From NCBI RefSeq assembly GCF_036321535.1, contig NC_087447.1, forward strand, positions 45,012,001 through 45,076,000: a DNA stretch of 64,000 bases. The letters are read 5' to 3'. Positions 24,586 to 36,689 of the stretch are shown here, piece by piece. This DNA comes from Camelus dromedarius. Taxonomy: Eukaryota. The notes beneath the pieces were generated by a model. The model did no database searches. It worked only from the letters and a program-made list of their open reading frames with translations, and was not told the origin of the DNA. Position 1 is the stretch's first letter; each line of letters starts with the position of its first letter. A program made the position numbers and the translations under genes.

Positions 24586-27304
24586 TCTGGAGGGTAGGAC
24601 AAGAATGGACACTAGGAAGATCCTGGGCTGGCCTCTTCTGATAGAAAAATTTACAACTACAAATAGACAAACTATCTCTGAGAACCACCTGAAGACCAGC
24701 AGAAAGTATTTTCCACAACTAAACATAAAAATAAAAAGCTTCATATGGATGGGCAAGAGGAACAGTAATAGGATCTGAGTGAAACTCACACACAGTAGAG
24801 GGGGGATTTTATAGCCTCAGAGGTCCTCCCTAAGGTTTGAGGGCTTTTAACCTCACATTGGGCTCCCCAGCCTGGGGAACCTACACCAGGAAGATGATCC
24901 CCCCATAATGTCTGGCTTTGATAACCAGCAAAAGCCATAGGGCTGTGGAAAACTAAGAATCCACTCCTAAAAGGTACACACAAAAATTTACTCACCCTTA
25001 ATTCCAGCACATAGGCAGCTATTTGAAAGTGCCTGGGTAATATATGATTCATTAACTAATTTTAGGATGTTTCCCAGAAGGGCAGGAATCTATTGGAACT
25101 TTCTCTGGGTACAAAGGAGCCAACAGGCACTTTTCTGTTTTTCTTTTCTTTTCTTTTCCTTTTTTTTTTTTTTTTTTTTTTTGTATGTAAGGGGGCTTGC
25201 TCTCTACCTAACTGGCCTGGCACTGGCAGTGCCATTTCAGACACTCTCCATCTAACTCAATAGTACTTACCCAACTCTGGGTTCACCAGTGGACCTGACA
25301 CAGCTGGCAATCCTCCAAAGTGGCCTCCACCCTACCTGACCTCGTAGCTGCCCTTGGCCAGCACCAGAGCCTCTTCAAGGTGGCCACCTACCCCAAAAGA
25401 CTTAGCAGGTGCCCTCAGCTGGCACTGGAGCCCCTCTAAACTGTCCCCTTACTCTGCCAGTCCCAGTAGGCACCATTGGCCAGTACTAGCATCCCCAAAG
25501 TGGCTTCTGCCCTGGGGGCTGTCCCCACACACCAGAGTGCCCACAACACTTTCAGCCAGGGCTTACAGCCAACCACACCAGGGACCAGCCCTGCCCACTA
25601 GCATGCCCACAGCAATCATGGCCCAGCCACAGCAGGAGGACACATACAGCCCACAACAGGGACATTCCTTGAGCACCTGGCTGTAGTATCCAGGGGAAAT
25701 CATGTTATTGGACCCCACAAGACAACAAAGCTACTCTTTCAAGACTGAGAGATGTAGCTGATCTACCTAATACAGAGAACCAAACACAGAGAGTTAGAGA
25801 AAATAAGATGACAAAGAGTACCTTCCAAACAAAAGAATAAAATAAAACCTCAAAAAAGAACTAAATAAAATGAAGATAAACAATCTTCCAGATAAAGAGT
25901 TAACAGTAATAGTCATTAAGATGCTCACCAAAATCAGGAGAATAAAGGAACACAGTGAGAAGAACTTTAACAAAGAAATAGACAATATTAAAAAAGAAAC
26001 AATCAGAGCTAAAGAAAACAATAAATTATAAATATACTAGAGGGAATCAACAGCAGATAAAATGATGCAGAAGGATGGATCAGCAATCTGTAAGACGGAT
26101 TAGTGGAAATTACCCAACTGGAATAGCAGAAAGAAAAAAGAAACAAATAAAATAAAGTGGATAACTTAAGGGACTTCTAGGACAACATCAAGGATACTAA
26201 CATTCACACTATAGGGAGCCCAGAGAAGAAGGAAGAGAGACAGAAAATCTATCTGAAAAAAATAACAGCTAAAACTTCCTTAACCTGATAAAACAAACAT
26301 ATTTAAGTCTAGGAAGTCCCAAACAAGATAAACCCAAACAGACTCACACCAAGACACATTATAATTAAAATGTCAAAAGTTAAAGAGGAAATCTTAAAAT
26401 TAACAAGGGAAAAACAACTAGTTACATATAGGAGAGCCCATAGAATATCAGCTAACTTTTCAGCAGAAACTTTGCAGGCCAGAAGAGAGTGGCAGAACAT
26501 ATTCAAAGTATTGAAAGAAAGAAAAAAAACACCCTTACAATCAAGACTACTCTGTCTAGCAAGTTATCATTCAGAATTGAAGCAGAGATAAACAGTTAAC
26601 AAGACAGGCAAAAGCTAAAGTTTATTACCAATAAATCAACCTTACAAGAAATGTTAAAGGAACTTCTTTAATGGAAAAAAGATCATAACTAGAAATATAA
26701 AAATTACAAAAGAAAAAAAATCTCACCAGTAAAAGCAAATATAGAGCAAAGGCAGTGGCTCAACCCCCTATATAGCTAGTATGAAGGTTAAAAGACAAAA
26801 AAAGTAAAATCACATGTATCTATAATAATTAGTTAAGGGATATACAAAATAAAAAATGTAAACTATAATGTCAAAACCATAAAATGTGGGGGGAGGGTAA
26901 AAATGTAGCATTTTTAGAATGCACTTCAACTTAAGTGACTATCAGTTTAGACTGTTATATGCATAGATGGTTATATAAAAACCTCATAGTAACTGCAAAC
27001 CAAAAACTGATAATAGATACATAAAAAATAAAAAGAAAGAAATGCAAACAAAACACTAAAGAAAGTTATCAAATCACAAGGAAAGAGAACAAAAGAAGAA
27101 AAAAAAACAGAAAAGAACAAAAATTAACAGAAAGCAATTAACAAAATGACAGTAAGTATATACCTATCAATAATTACTTTAAATGTAAATGGACTAAATG
27201 TTTCAATTAAAAAACACAAGATGCCTTAAATGCACAAAAAAAAAAACAAGACCTATCTATATGCTGCCAGCAAGAGACTCATTTCAGATTTAAAGACACA
27301 GACT

Positions 27305-27394
27305 TCATGTGTAACTGAAAAGTTGTGCTCTACACTGGAATTTGACACAGCATTGTAAAGTGACTGTAACTCAATAAAAAAATGTTAAAAAATA
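27305..27394 (+). mobile_element. Extremely 5'-truncated young L1 tail nested in the older L1, with a 13-bp TSD
   Basis: 'gtgctctacactggaatttgacacagcattgtaaagtgactgtaactcaataaaaaaa' flanked by aaagacacagact (27292-27304) and aaagacatagact (27395-27407). Confidence 0.75.
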
Positions 27395-27786
27395 AAAGAC
27401 ATAGACTGAGAGTAGGGATGAAAAAAATATTTCATACAAATGGAAACAAAAAGAAAGCTGGGGTAACAATGCTTATATCAGACAAAATAGACTTTAAAAC
27501 AAAGACTATAACAAGTGACAAAGAAGGGCATTCCATAATGATAAAAGGATCAATCCAAAAAGAGAATATAAAACTTGTAAATATATGTGAATCCAACACA
27601 GGAGCAGCTAATACATAAATCAAATATTAACATGCATAAAGGGAGAAATTGATAGTAATACAATAATAGTAGGGGACTTTAATACTCCACTTACATTAAT
27701 GGACAGATCATCCAGACAGAAAATCAAGAAGGAAACACCAGCCTTCAATGACACATTAGATCAATGAACTTAATAGATATACAAGA

Positions 27787-27925
27787 NNNNNNNNNNNNNN
27801 NNNNNNNNNNNNNNNNNNNNNNNNNNNNNNNNNNNNNNNNNNNNNNNNNNNNNNNNNNNNNNNNNNNNNNNNNNNNNNNNNNNNNNNNNNNNNNNNNNNN
27901 NNNNNNNNNNNNNNNNNNNNNNNNN
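27787..27925. other. Assembly gap or masked run, 139 N
   Basis: N run inside L1 ORF2. Confidence 0.95.
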
Positions 27926-30415
27926 GAACATAATGATATGAGACTAGATACCAACTCCAAGAAAAAAACATGGAAAAAGTGCAAACATAATGAAGGGGAA
28001 ACAACATGCTACTAAACATCTAATGGGTCACTGAATAAATCAAAGAGGAAATAAGAAATACCTTGAGACAAATGAAAATGGAAAAACAATGTTCCAAAGT
28101 CTAGAGGATGCAATACAAGCATTTTTAAGAGATCGATACAGGCCTACATCAAAAATCTCAAATAAGCCAAACTTATACCTGAAGGAACTAGAAAGAGAAG
28201 AGCAAACAAAACTCAAAGTTAATAGAAGGAAGGAAACAATCAGATCAGAGCAAAAATAAATGAAATAGAGACTAAAAATAAGAAAAGAAAAGAAAAGAAA
28301 AAAGATCAGTGGTAGGTCAGGCCTCGGCAAGCAGCTTGGCCCCTCAGTCAGCTAGACTCGCTGCAGCACAACGTCTGTGAGCCACCGTCTCCTGGCTGAC
28401 ACGATCCATCCTTTGCACAACACAGGTCTGCTTCTCTACGTGGGTTCAGGAAGCTGCTTCCACACGGTTCCCAAAGGCCTTTTGCCTGAGGGAAATCTCA
28501 GAAGAAAGGGCTAAGTAGAATGAACTCTAGCCACTGCCTCTGCAGTGGCTCTCAGGGAAGCAGCTAATATTCATCTTTGCCCACCTCCATTCTACATTTA
28601 AAATTTCCTCACCATTAGCAATCACCGAAGCAAGTATTGGGGCTTACACAGTTGTGTGACCCAAAAGTTTATTCCTGAAGTGTCTGAACATTTGATAATC
28701 ATAACCTTCTCATTTCAGGATTACTGCACGTTTGTTTATAATGGGGCAAAAGCGTATCCAAGTAACTCACCTGGTTTCACATGATTTTTTTCTGCTTAGA
28801 GTGTGTAAAGCACAAAAGGCAAATAAAATAGATAAGAGAGGGAAATAATATTTTATAGTATGCAGATCTCTGCTTCTGTACCTCAGTCCCATTAAAATTA
28901 GATTAAAAAAAAGTCACTCTCAGGTTTCTGCAAAATTAACTTTTGTGACCACAGTTCCTCAGGCTAATAAGTGCTTCAGGCCCTTTCAAAATCTGCTACT
29001 TGTTTGTCAATTAAATGATTAATCATAAAGCATTATTCTGAGTAATTTTTGTGTTTTTTAATCTACATGTTTGTAGTGTCAGATAGGAAGTACAATATTC
29101 CCTAACTGTTACTACTCCTGCCTGTTCTCCCTAATCCTTCGGACTCCATTTATAGAAGAGGCACTTCCTAGTTAAACTTCCATTTCTTTTTTTCTCCTGA
29201 AGGTTGTGGCCATTATTTCAAGCTTTGAAATTTCTCATCTTTCACAGCTCTTGTTAATGAATTATTCAATGTATTAGAAATTATTATTATTATTTATTAT
29301 TATATTATTCTACACTCTGCAAAAGTATCATTTATTTCTAAGTATTTTGAGTCTCTTTTAAATGGTGGCCATGTGGCTTAAAGGGTAAGTATCTTTTTCA
29401 CTGTGACAACTCTAGGATTTTCAGCCTTCAGTCTTCATGCATCTTGAAATATTTGCACTATACCCACCATCATTGTCTAGAAATAATAGAAAAAATATCT
29501 TCTGAATTTAATGAATTCCTGTATTTGGGCACCAGATCTGTGCTCCATAAACTGTCCAAGTCCTTGTTCATGACTTCCTCCTATGTTCCCAGAGGAACTG
29601 CCTTTCAGAGGTAGGCAGTCAAAGATTTCAATATCAAACTGACTTTTATAACTAGAATCATTAACAGAGCATTCTCAAAATTTTCTCTCTAAAAGATGAT
29701 TGTGAGACACTGGAATTAGCTGAGACAAGCAAGGGAGTTGAGTCTAGAAATTTTTTTAAATGTGGAATTAGTTAAAATGCAGATCAAACTTTTAAGCTTA
29801 GGAGTTTTCCATTTTTCCCTTTTCGTTGGAATTTCTCTGAGAATTGGAGATTGTGTCTTTTGTTCATATTCCCCTGGTCCTGTACTCCAAATATAAGGCT
29901 TCTGCCGCAGGGATAATAAATGAGTGACTCTAAATATTATTTTGTACTTTCCCTGTCCCTTCTCACTGCCCCCCAACCCAGTCACTCTTAACCTCTCATT
30001 TCCCCTTAAAGACACAAGTACATACACACCCACACCTACACACACCGCGGCCTTGCCTTGGCAAAGCAGTGGGTAAGTTATTGTTTGTGCTTATGTTCTC
30101 GCCGTGTGGAAACGTTCCACCTCATTTTACTTGCATTCAGTGTGTGTTGTGAGAGTTCTTTTGTATACATATTATCATATACAATTTTCCCAACTACCAT
30201 GTCAGAAGGGAGGGAGTATGTTATTATTTTCATTTCATTGGGACTAATAGCTTTGCTTTAGAATTAGCGAGAGCAAGAAGTTCTCCTGTGTCTTAGCCTG
30301 TCGAAGAGTTTTGGCAGCTAATTTGTCAATATGACATATTTTTCTCACTAGCCAATTCCCCCTGGAACAGCATCCACTTAACTTTTTTTTTCTTATACCC
30401 ACCAGAGTCAGATGA

Positions 30416-31393
30416 TCAGAGGGGTTTCTGACCATAGGCCGTGGTTATGGTCTCCTTCCTCCAGCCCCTATATTTGGTCAATTTATCCCAAAACTGCTTG
30501 GTTTTCACTGCATAAATAATAGGATTGAGCATTGTAGGCACAAGGAAGTAGAGGCTGCCAAGAATGGTGTGGATATGGGGTGGAATTCCCCGGCCAAAGC
30601 GGTGAGTGAGAAAAGAAAACAGTGAGGGAGTGTAAGAGATCAGCAGGACACAGATGTGTGTGGTGCACGTGTTTACTGCTTTTTGGTGGGCTTCCTTAGA
30701 AGACAGCCACATTACAGCCCGGATGATCAGTACATAAGATGAGGCAATAGCTGAGATGTCTACCCCAGCAACCAAAAAGGCCACCACCAGACCATATATC
30801 CTATTGACTGTGGTGTCCACACACACCATCTTCACCACAGCCATGTGTTCACAGTAGGTGGTGGGGATGACATGCTTGGCATGAAAGGGCACCTGCTGGA
30901 GGAGGATGGGCATGGGGAGGATGAACAAGATAGCTCTCCCTAAACTCACTAGGCCAATGAGCTCAATGCGGCTGTTGGAAAGGATGGTGGCATAGCGCAG
31001 GGGCTCACAGATGGCCACATAGCGGTCAAAGGCCATGGACATGAGGATGGAGGACTGCAAGGCAGAGATGGAGTGGATGAAGAACAGCTGGACCAGGCAT
31101 CCCTCATAGCTGATCTCACTCTGGCCAAACCAGAAGATGCACAGTGCCTTGGGGATGGTGGTTGTGGACATGCCCAGGTCTGTGAGGGGCAGCATACAGA
31201 GCAACAGGAACATGGGCTTGTGCAGGGAGCACTCTGCGGAGATGGTGAAGATGATGGTGCAGTTCCCGAGGATGGTGATGAAGTACATGGATGAGAAGGG
31301 AATAGAGATCCATCTGTGTTTGTCCTCCATCCCAGGAATACCTTGGAGAAGGAAGAAAGAGGGATGGCCCTGGGAGGCGTTGCAACCCGTCAT
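30416..31393 (-). CDS. Olfactory receptor, OR52 family (OR52U1-like by synteny), intact, 325 aa
   Basis: ATG at 31393 in 'gtcaccATG' (the ORF-track start at 31414 is GTG). Motifs [39 protein letters not shown] and MLNPIIY are present; acceptor ttctcttccaag at 31416-31415. Confidence 0.88.
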   Translation of the reverse strand: MTGCNASQGHPSFFLLQGIPGMEDKHRWISIPFSSMYFITILGNCTIIFTISAECSLHKPMFLLLCMLPLTDLGMSTTTIPKALCIFWFGQSEISYEGCLVQLFFIHSISALQSSILMSMAFDRYVAICEPLRYATILSNSRIELIGLVSLGRAILFILPMPILLQQVPFHAKHVIPTTYCEHMAVVKMVCVDTTVNRIYGLVVAFLVAGVDISAIASSYVLIIRAVMWLSSKEAHQKAVNTCTTHICVLLISYTPSLFSFLTHRFGRGIPPHIHTILGSLYFLVPTMLNPIIYAVKTKQFWDKLTKYRGWRKETITTAYGQKPL

Positions 31394-32054
31394 GGTGACA
31401 CCCTGGTGAAGCACCTTGGAAGAGAAATCAAGAAACTATATGAGCCTCAATTTTAAAAAGAATTTAAATTTTCAGAGTAGAAACAAAAATTGTAATATTA
31501 AGATACATGAAAATGATTCTGAAATCATGATAATGTGTATCATTTAGTATAGTACTATGCTGTAGTATTAGAGTGGTAATAATACGGCACAACAACATTA
31601 ATATCTGAGAGAATATATTTCATTGTAAGTGTTTTATTAAGGACAAATTGATTCATTATTCATTAACAAAACGCCATTAAATTTACAAGAATAAATTATG
31701 TTATTTTTGAAATCGTATCCACTTAGAGACTATAACTCAAAGTATGTGAAACAAAAATGGGTAGAAATACAAAGAGAGATAGACAAAAAATCACATACCT
31801 TTCTCAACAAACAAGAGGTCAGCTAGGTCAGAAAATAGACTGTTTACAAAATAAGAGGGTTTAAAAACTTACAGTAGAATTCTTATCCAACACCTAAGGA
31901 GTGCATATCTATTGCAGATTTGGGAATTATGGAGACCTTTATGATGAGAACTGTATAATAATGATTAAGAATGAAGTAGGCAATGGGGTTCTGGTCACCT
32001 GAAGCTCAGGGAAAAAGCAACCAGAATGTGAATATAAAGCCTAGAATCACCTAC

Positions 32055-32400
32055 CTGAATGTGAGGCAGTGAGAGAGTGCAAAGCTAGCCCCACACACCT
32101 TCAGATATGTGTGTATGAGTTTATACACATGTATGAAGGTATATCTTAACAAGCATCCATGTGGCTCTTGAAAGGCACACTCCTGGCCCTGCATCTCTCC
32201 ACTCCTCACTCTCAGGCACCTAGAATCCGTGGCTCTTTAAGTAACCTTGGTAAAGGCCCTCAGGGTGCCCAGAATTAGCTCTCTGTTACTCCTTCATTCC
32301 TGAAACATACACACACACCAGGTACCACAACTGTTATGCATAAGATTGACCTTGGAGGTTGCCCTGAGTTCCCAGGAGATAATGCTGATTGACTTTAGGG
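32055..32400 (-). promoter_or_regulatory. Putative 5'UTR exon and promoter of the OR at 31393
   Basis: Strong donor CAG|GTAGGT (exon end 32055). O/E(EBF)-like site TCCCAGGAGA near 32370 with an adjacent TAAT core; second O/E-like CCTCAGGG near 32258. Confidence 0.45.
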
Positions 32401-33559
32401 ATGGTGGGAATGTTCCAGTGTTTACCAGGCCTAGAAGCCTGAGAGGGGGGAGTTGAAGCTAAAATCTGAGTCTGGAACTAGGTTAGGGTTTGGCAGTTTG
32501 GGTATCCCAAAGGCCCTCCTTCCCATACATATGTGCACGTGACAGCCAGGGAGGGCTTTCGTCCGTGGCTGCAGTATTCAGGGTCGTGAAGTGGTCAGAA
32601 GTACAATCCCTGTTGATGGAAACGCTGGTGAAATAGTGTTAGCAGCCTCCAGTTTGATCTAGCCCTAGCCTCTTTCTGACTTTCACTCTAACTTTTTCTC
32701 AGGCTAATAGTGTAGCTCCAGACACTCCCCAGGACATTTTCTTCAATACTCAACCCCTCACTCAGCACCCATAGCCTCTCATGTCCCAGCATCCTCTCAA
32801 CCTTTGGGTCCAGATGTGACCATATTTCTTTACTCATTAGTCTAGAGGAAGCAAGGTATCAAAGTTTGTCAAAAAGCATGTTGCCAAATGCACAAGACAA
32901 ATCACAAAGTCTTGCGAAGACTAAACAGAAGTGACTCAGAGAGCCAGATTCTAACTTCTGATGTACTGTGTTCTGCCTCCAGACAGGCTCTGTAGGGAGA
33001 CTGTTCAGAGCCAGGGGTCAGTAAGAGTGAAACAGTGACAGAGGAATGTGAATGACAAAATAAATGTGCTGGGTCAATTAACATCAGTAGAAAGAGTACA
33101 TCAACATAAACAGGCAAACACAGATGCACCTGCTCCTGGACACATCCACACAGCTTCCCCTAATAACATGCACAAGTCCTGGGCTCAGTCATTCTTTTTT
33201 CCCCTCTGTCCCACAGTGGTCCTGAGGGGTTCTAATTACAGGCAGCAAACCAACATAATCATTTCTTCCCAGCCTTGCTCCCATTATTATATCTTTAGTA
33301 CTGTCAAATACCTGCATACAACTGATAAAGAAACTTTTCTTGCAGAATATGCCCCAAGTTCTATCAAGTATCGTCCGTTATCGGTCAAAACTTCTGACCT
33401 TACCTTGTGGATAATTACACTACTCTGGGACAAGAGCCCCAGGCTCATTTCTCCCCAAATCCTGTGTCCCTATCATTAGCATCGTGTATGCACACAGTGG
33501 GCATATATATGTGTCAATTAAATGGATAAATGAATGAAGAAGCAAATAAATAATGTCAT

Positions 33560-34610
33560 TTCAATATGAGATAAATATGTATCCAATTCATAAGATCTTA
33601 CATACTTTTGTTTTCCTGTGTATATAGAAACCTAAAGTATCACTGTGTTTGAAGGCTATACCTTCTCCTTAAATACATTTATAAATTCTTGACAAATCCA
33701 AGGAAATTTCAATGATTTGTTTTGCTTGCAATCTTGCCAGAATGATTCTGAAATTCATGCGTATAAACAAACATCTAAAGATAATAATGATAAAACAAAG
33801 GGGAGCTTACCCTAATGTTCTCACACAAGGTTATCTTGTTCACTCGTGCAGGGTGCCTCAAGGGATGACACTGAGGCATGGCATTTCTGGTTTGTGAGGT
33901 ATGCATGTCTCTAACTTGGCCAAATAATTATCAGTTGATCTTGCAAGTGGTTGATGCTCATTTAGTTTCCCATTAGCAGTGAATAGGTATTCATATTTCT
34001 CTATATCCTCACTAATTTTTACCATTATCTGAGTTTTGTTCTAAATATGCCAATGTGAGGGGTGTAAAAGTGGTTTTTATTGCATTTTCCTTAGTACTCC
34101 CATGGTTGAGGTTTGTTTTATAAATTGATTGTCCATATATCTTCTGATAAGTGTATGTTCTTATCTTTCACTATTTCCATTTTTCCTATTTTTCTACCAT
34201 TTTTATATCCATGAACTTTGTAATATATATCTTAATATTTTGATCTTTAAAAATCTTTCAATTAATTTATTAATTGTCTAACATTGATGCCATGTACATT
34301 TCTGTTAAATTAATTGTAAGTACCATAGATTTTGTTGCTACTATTATAACTTTTAAAATATTTATTTCTAATGGTGTCTTTATATAAATATGCAATTAAT
34401 TAGTTTGGGGTTTTGTTTATTTACTTCGAGTTCAGCAAATTTCTTGAAATATCATTAGTCCTAAAAAAGTCTACCTTGAGTCTTACGGGTTTTCTCTATA
34501 GAAAGATCATGTCATTTGTTAATAATGATTAACAATAATATCTTTTTTCTTTTGTGATCTTAAACCTCTATCTTTTCATTGCTCTATTATGTCAATTTGC
34601 ATAACATTAG
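33560..34610. mobile_element. Ancient L1 fragments (sense about 33560-33790, antisense about 33900-34610)
   Basis: 'gaatgattctgaaattcatg' (sense); 'cccattagcagtgaataggtattc', 'ttcagcaaatttcttgaa' and 'gatcatgtcatttg' (antisense). Confidence 0.5.
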
Positions 34611-35443
34611 CAGGAAACTCTGTGTCCTGGAGATTCTTATATACTCAAAATAGTGACTAAATGAGAAAAAGAAAAAGTCAGGATGTGTTTATATTGGCTC
34701 ACAAAATAATCTGCGTGTAAGGTTTATCACACTGACGGTATCAGGAAAAACATAAAGATAATCAGTGGCTATAAAGTGAATATATTAGCTACGAAGTGTC
34801 ATTTTGAAGGAATTTGTTGAGAAACTTGTGCCATAGCTTTCCCATTGACATATGTGCTTCCAGACTTCACAGTAAGTCACCCAGCAGTCACCTTCATCTA
34901 TTTCGAATCTAATCCCATATCCAGAGGCCCCTGAGCTCTCATACTGTCTCTGGCCAAAGGCTAACACTCTTATTGCAAATAAATACTCTTGGTCTAAGAA
35001 AGTGTGAGCAATCAATCAATCAATCAATGTGTGTGTGTTTGTTTGTGTTATTCTCAATTTCCTGAGGCTATAAGTAAATAGTTCTTTTTTGACCACTTTC
35101 CCTCTACTTCCAGCACATGGAATTTTTGTACATAAAGAGAATCTCTCTCCATGGTTCTTACCATCAAATGTACTACATTGCCTCCTGACCTTTCCCTGGG
35201 AAGAGTCAAGACCCACAGAGCCATTAAAGGTCACGAATGTCTTTGCAGGAAAATAGTGTTCTATGTATTTAGCAGGTATAAATGTTGTTCTAAACACCTC
35301 AGAAACTCTCAGATAATAAACAGTACTGGCTTGTTAAGATTAGCAGAAACAGCACCTCTAGTCCAAGGATAAGAGGTACTTGAGAAAGTAGAAAATTAAC
35401 TATAATTTTACCCCGTTCGTCCTTAGGGTATGGAGAGAGTAAA

Positions 35444-36394
35444 CTACCTCCTCCCCATAAAAAAGTCCAGTATTCTCAGGCGGATCTGTCTGGTGTTGAC
35501 GCCGTAGACCAAGGGGTTGAGAACAGGGGGTAAGAGGAGATAGAGATTTGCGAGTACAATGTGGACACGAGGAGGTACTCGGTGACCAAAGCGGTGAGTG
35601 AGAAAGGAAAAAAAAGCAGGTACATAGAATACAAGAATCACACAAATGTGGGCTCCACAAGTGCTAAATGCTCGGAATTGGGCATCCTTTGAGGGCAGGT
35701 GCAGCACGGCCCGCAGGATCAGGCCGTAGGAGGTGGCGATGAGGACCACATCCATGCCAGTGACTGAGAGTGCCACAGTGAGACCATAAATGGTGTTGGG
35801 CTTGATGCTGGCACAGGCCAGCCTGGCAATGCCCATGTGCTCACAGTAGGTGTGGGGGATGACGTGATGTCCACAGAAAGGTAAACGTTCAATGAGAATG
35901 ACAAAGGGGAACACAAAGAGAAGGCCACGGATCACGGATGCCAGGCCAATCTTCCCAATCACCATGCCATTGAGGATGGATGTATAATGAAGTGGACGGC
36001 AGATAGCCACATAGCGGTCAAAAGCCATAGCCAGCAGAACAGCGGATTCCGTGGCAAAGGCTGTATGAACAAAAAACATTTGGGTGAGGCATCCATGGTA
36101 GGAAATTTTGTGGGACTTAAACCAGAAGATTGTTAGCATTTTGGGCAATGTGGTTGAACAGAGCACCAGGTCCGTGATGGACAGTAAACACAGGAAGAGG
36201 TACATTGGCTCGTGCAGAGCCCTCTCCTTCACGATGGTGTAGAGGATGGTGCCGTTGCCAACCAGAGCAAGGATGTACATGGAGCAGAAGGGGATGGCAG
36301 CCCAAAGGTGCTGGTCTTGCATCCCCGGGATTCCAAGTAGAATAAATGTGGATGGATGGAAGGCAGTGTCATTGGAGATGGATGCAGAAAGCAT
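35444..36394 (-). CDS. Olfactory receptor, OR52D-like (Or52d3 position), intact, 316 aa
   Basis: ATG confirmed at 36394. All motifs are present: [54 protein letters not shown] and PPVLNPLVY. Confidence 0.9.
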   Translation of the reverse strand: MLSASISNDTAFHPSTFILLGIPGMQDQHLWAAIPFCSMYILALVGNGTILYTIVKERALHEPMYLFLCLLSITDLVLCSTTLPKMLTIFWFKSHKISYHGCLTQMFFVHTAFATESAVLLAMAFDRYVAICRPLHYTSILNGMVIGKIGLASVIRGLLFVFPFVILIERLPFCGHHVIPHTYCEHMGIARLACASIKPNTIYGLTVALSVTGMDVVLIATSYGLILRAVLHLPSKDAQFRAFSTCGAHICVILVFYVPAFFSFLTHRFGHRVPPRVHIVLANLYLLLPPVLNPLVYGVNTRQIRLRILDFFMGRR

Positions 36395-36689
36395 AATGAT
36401 GCAGAGAACCAGCCTTTATCTTAACAAAAATTGTTAGAAAATGAAATAAAGTGGACCCAGATGCCATTTATTCCTCCTACAAATCCATTTAATTTCCTGC
36501 CTCTTTTCCATTTTCACCAATTCTATTCTAAAGCATGCCTTTCTCATTTCTTTCTTGGGTTATTAAAATAGCTTGTAAATCATATGCCCACTTCTAGGAA
36601 TTCCATCTTCTAGTGAAACCTCTGCATTGCTACCTAATATTCTAACATGTGAAAATCATCAACTTAATACCAATATAACCTTTCTTAGT

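Larger units (their letters stand above)
24586..28310 (+). mobile_element. 5' half of an L1 (5'UTR, decayed ORF1 about 25805-26670, ORF2 from about 27146, truncated)
   Basis: 5'UTR with an internal poly-T tract. ORF1 remnant MSKVKEEILKLTREKQLVTY..ISANFSAETLQARREWQNIFKVLKE; ORF2 endonuclease remnant KIFHTNGNKKKAGVTMLISDKIDFKTK; ends in an A-rich tract near 28310. Confidence 0.85.

Noticed and set aside
25354-25686. 110-aa Pro/Ser-rich ORF as a novel protein or L1 ORF0
   Set aside because: Lies in a decayed L1 5'UTR, starts at TTG, and is on the sense strand, unlike primate antisense ORF0.
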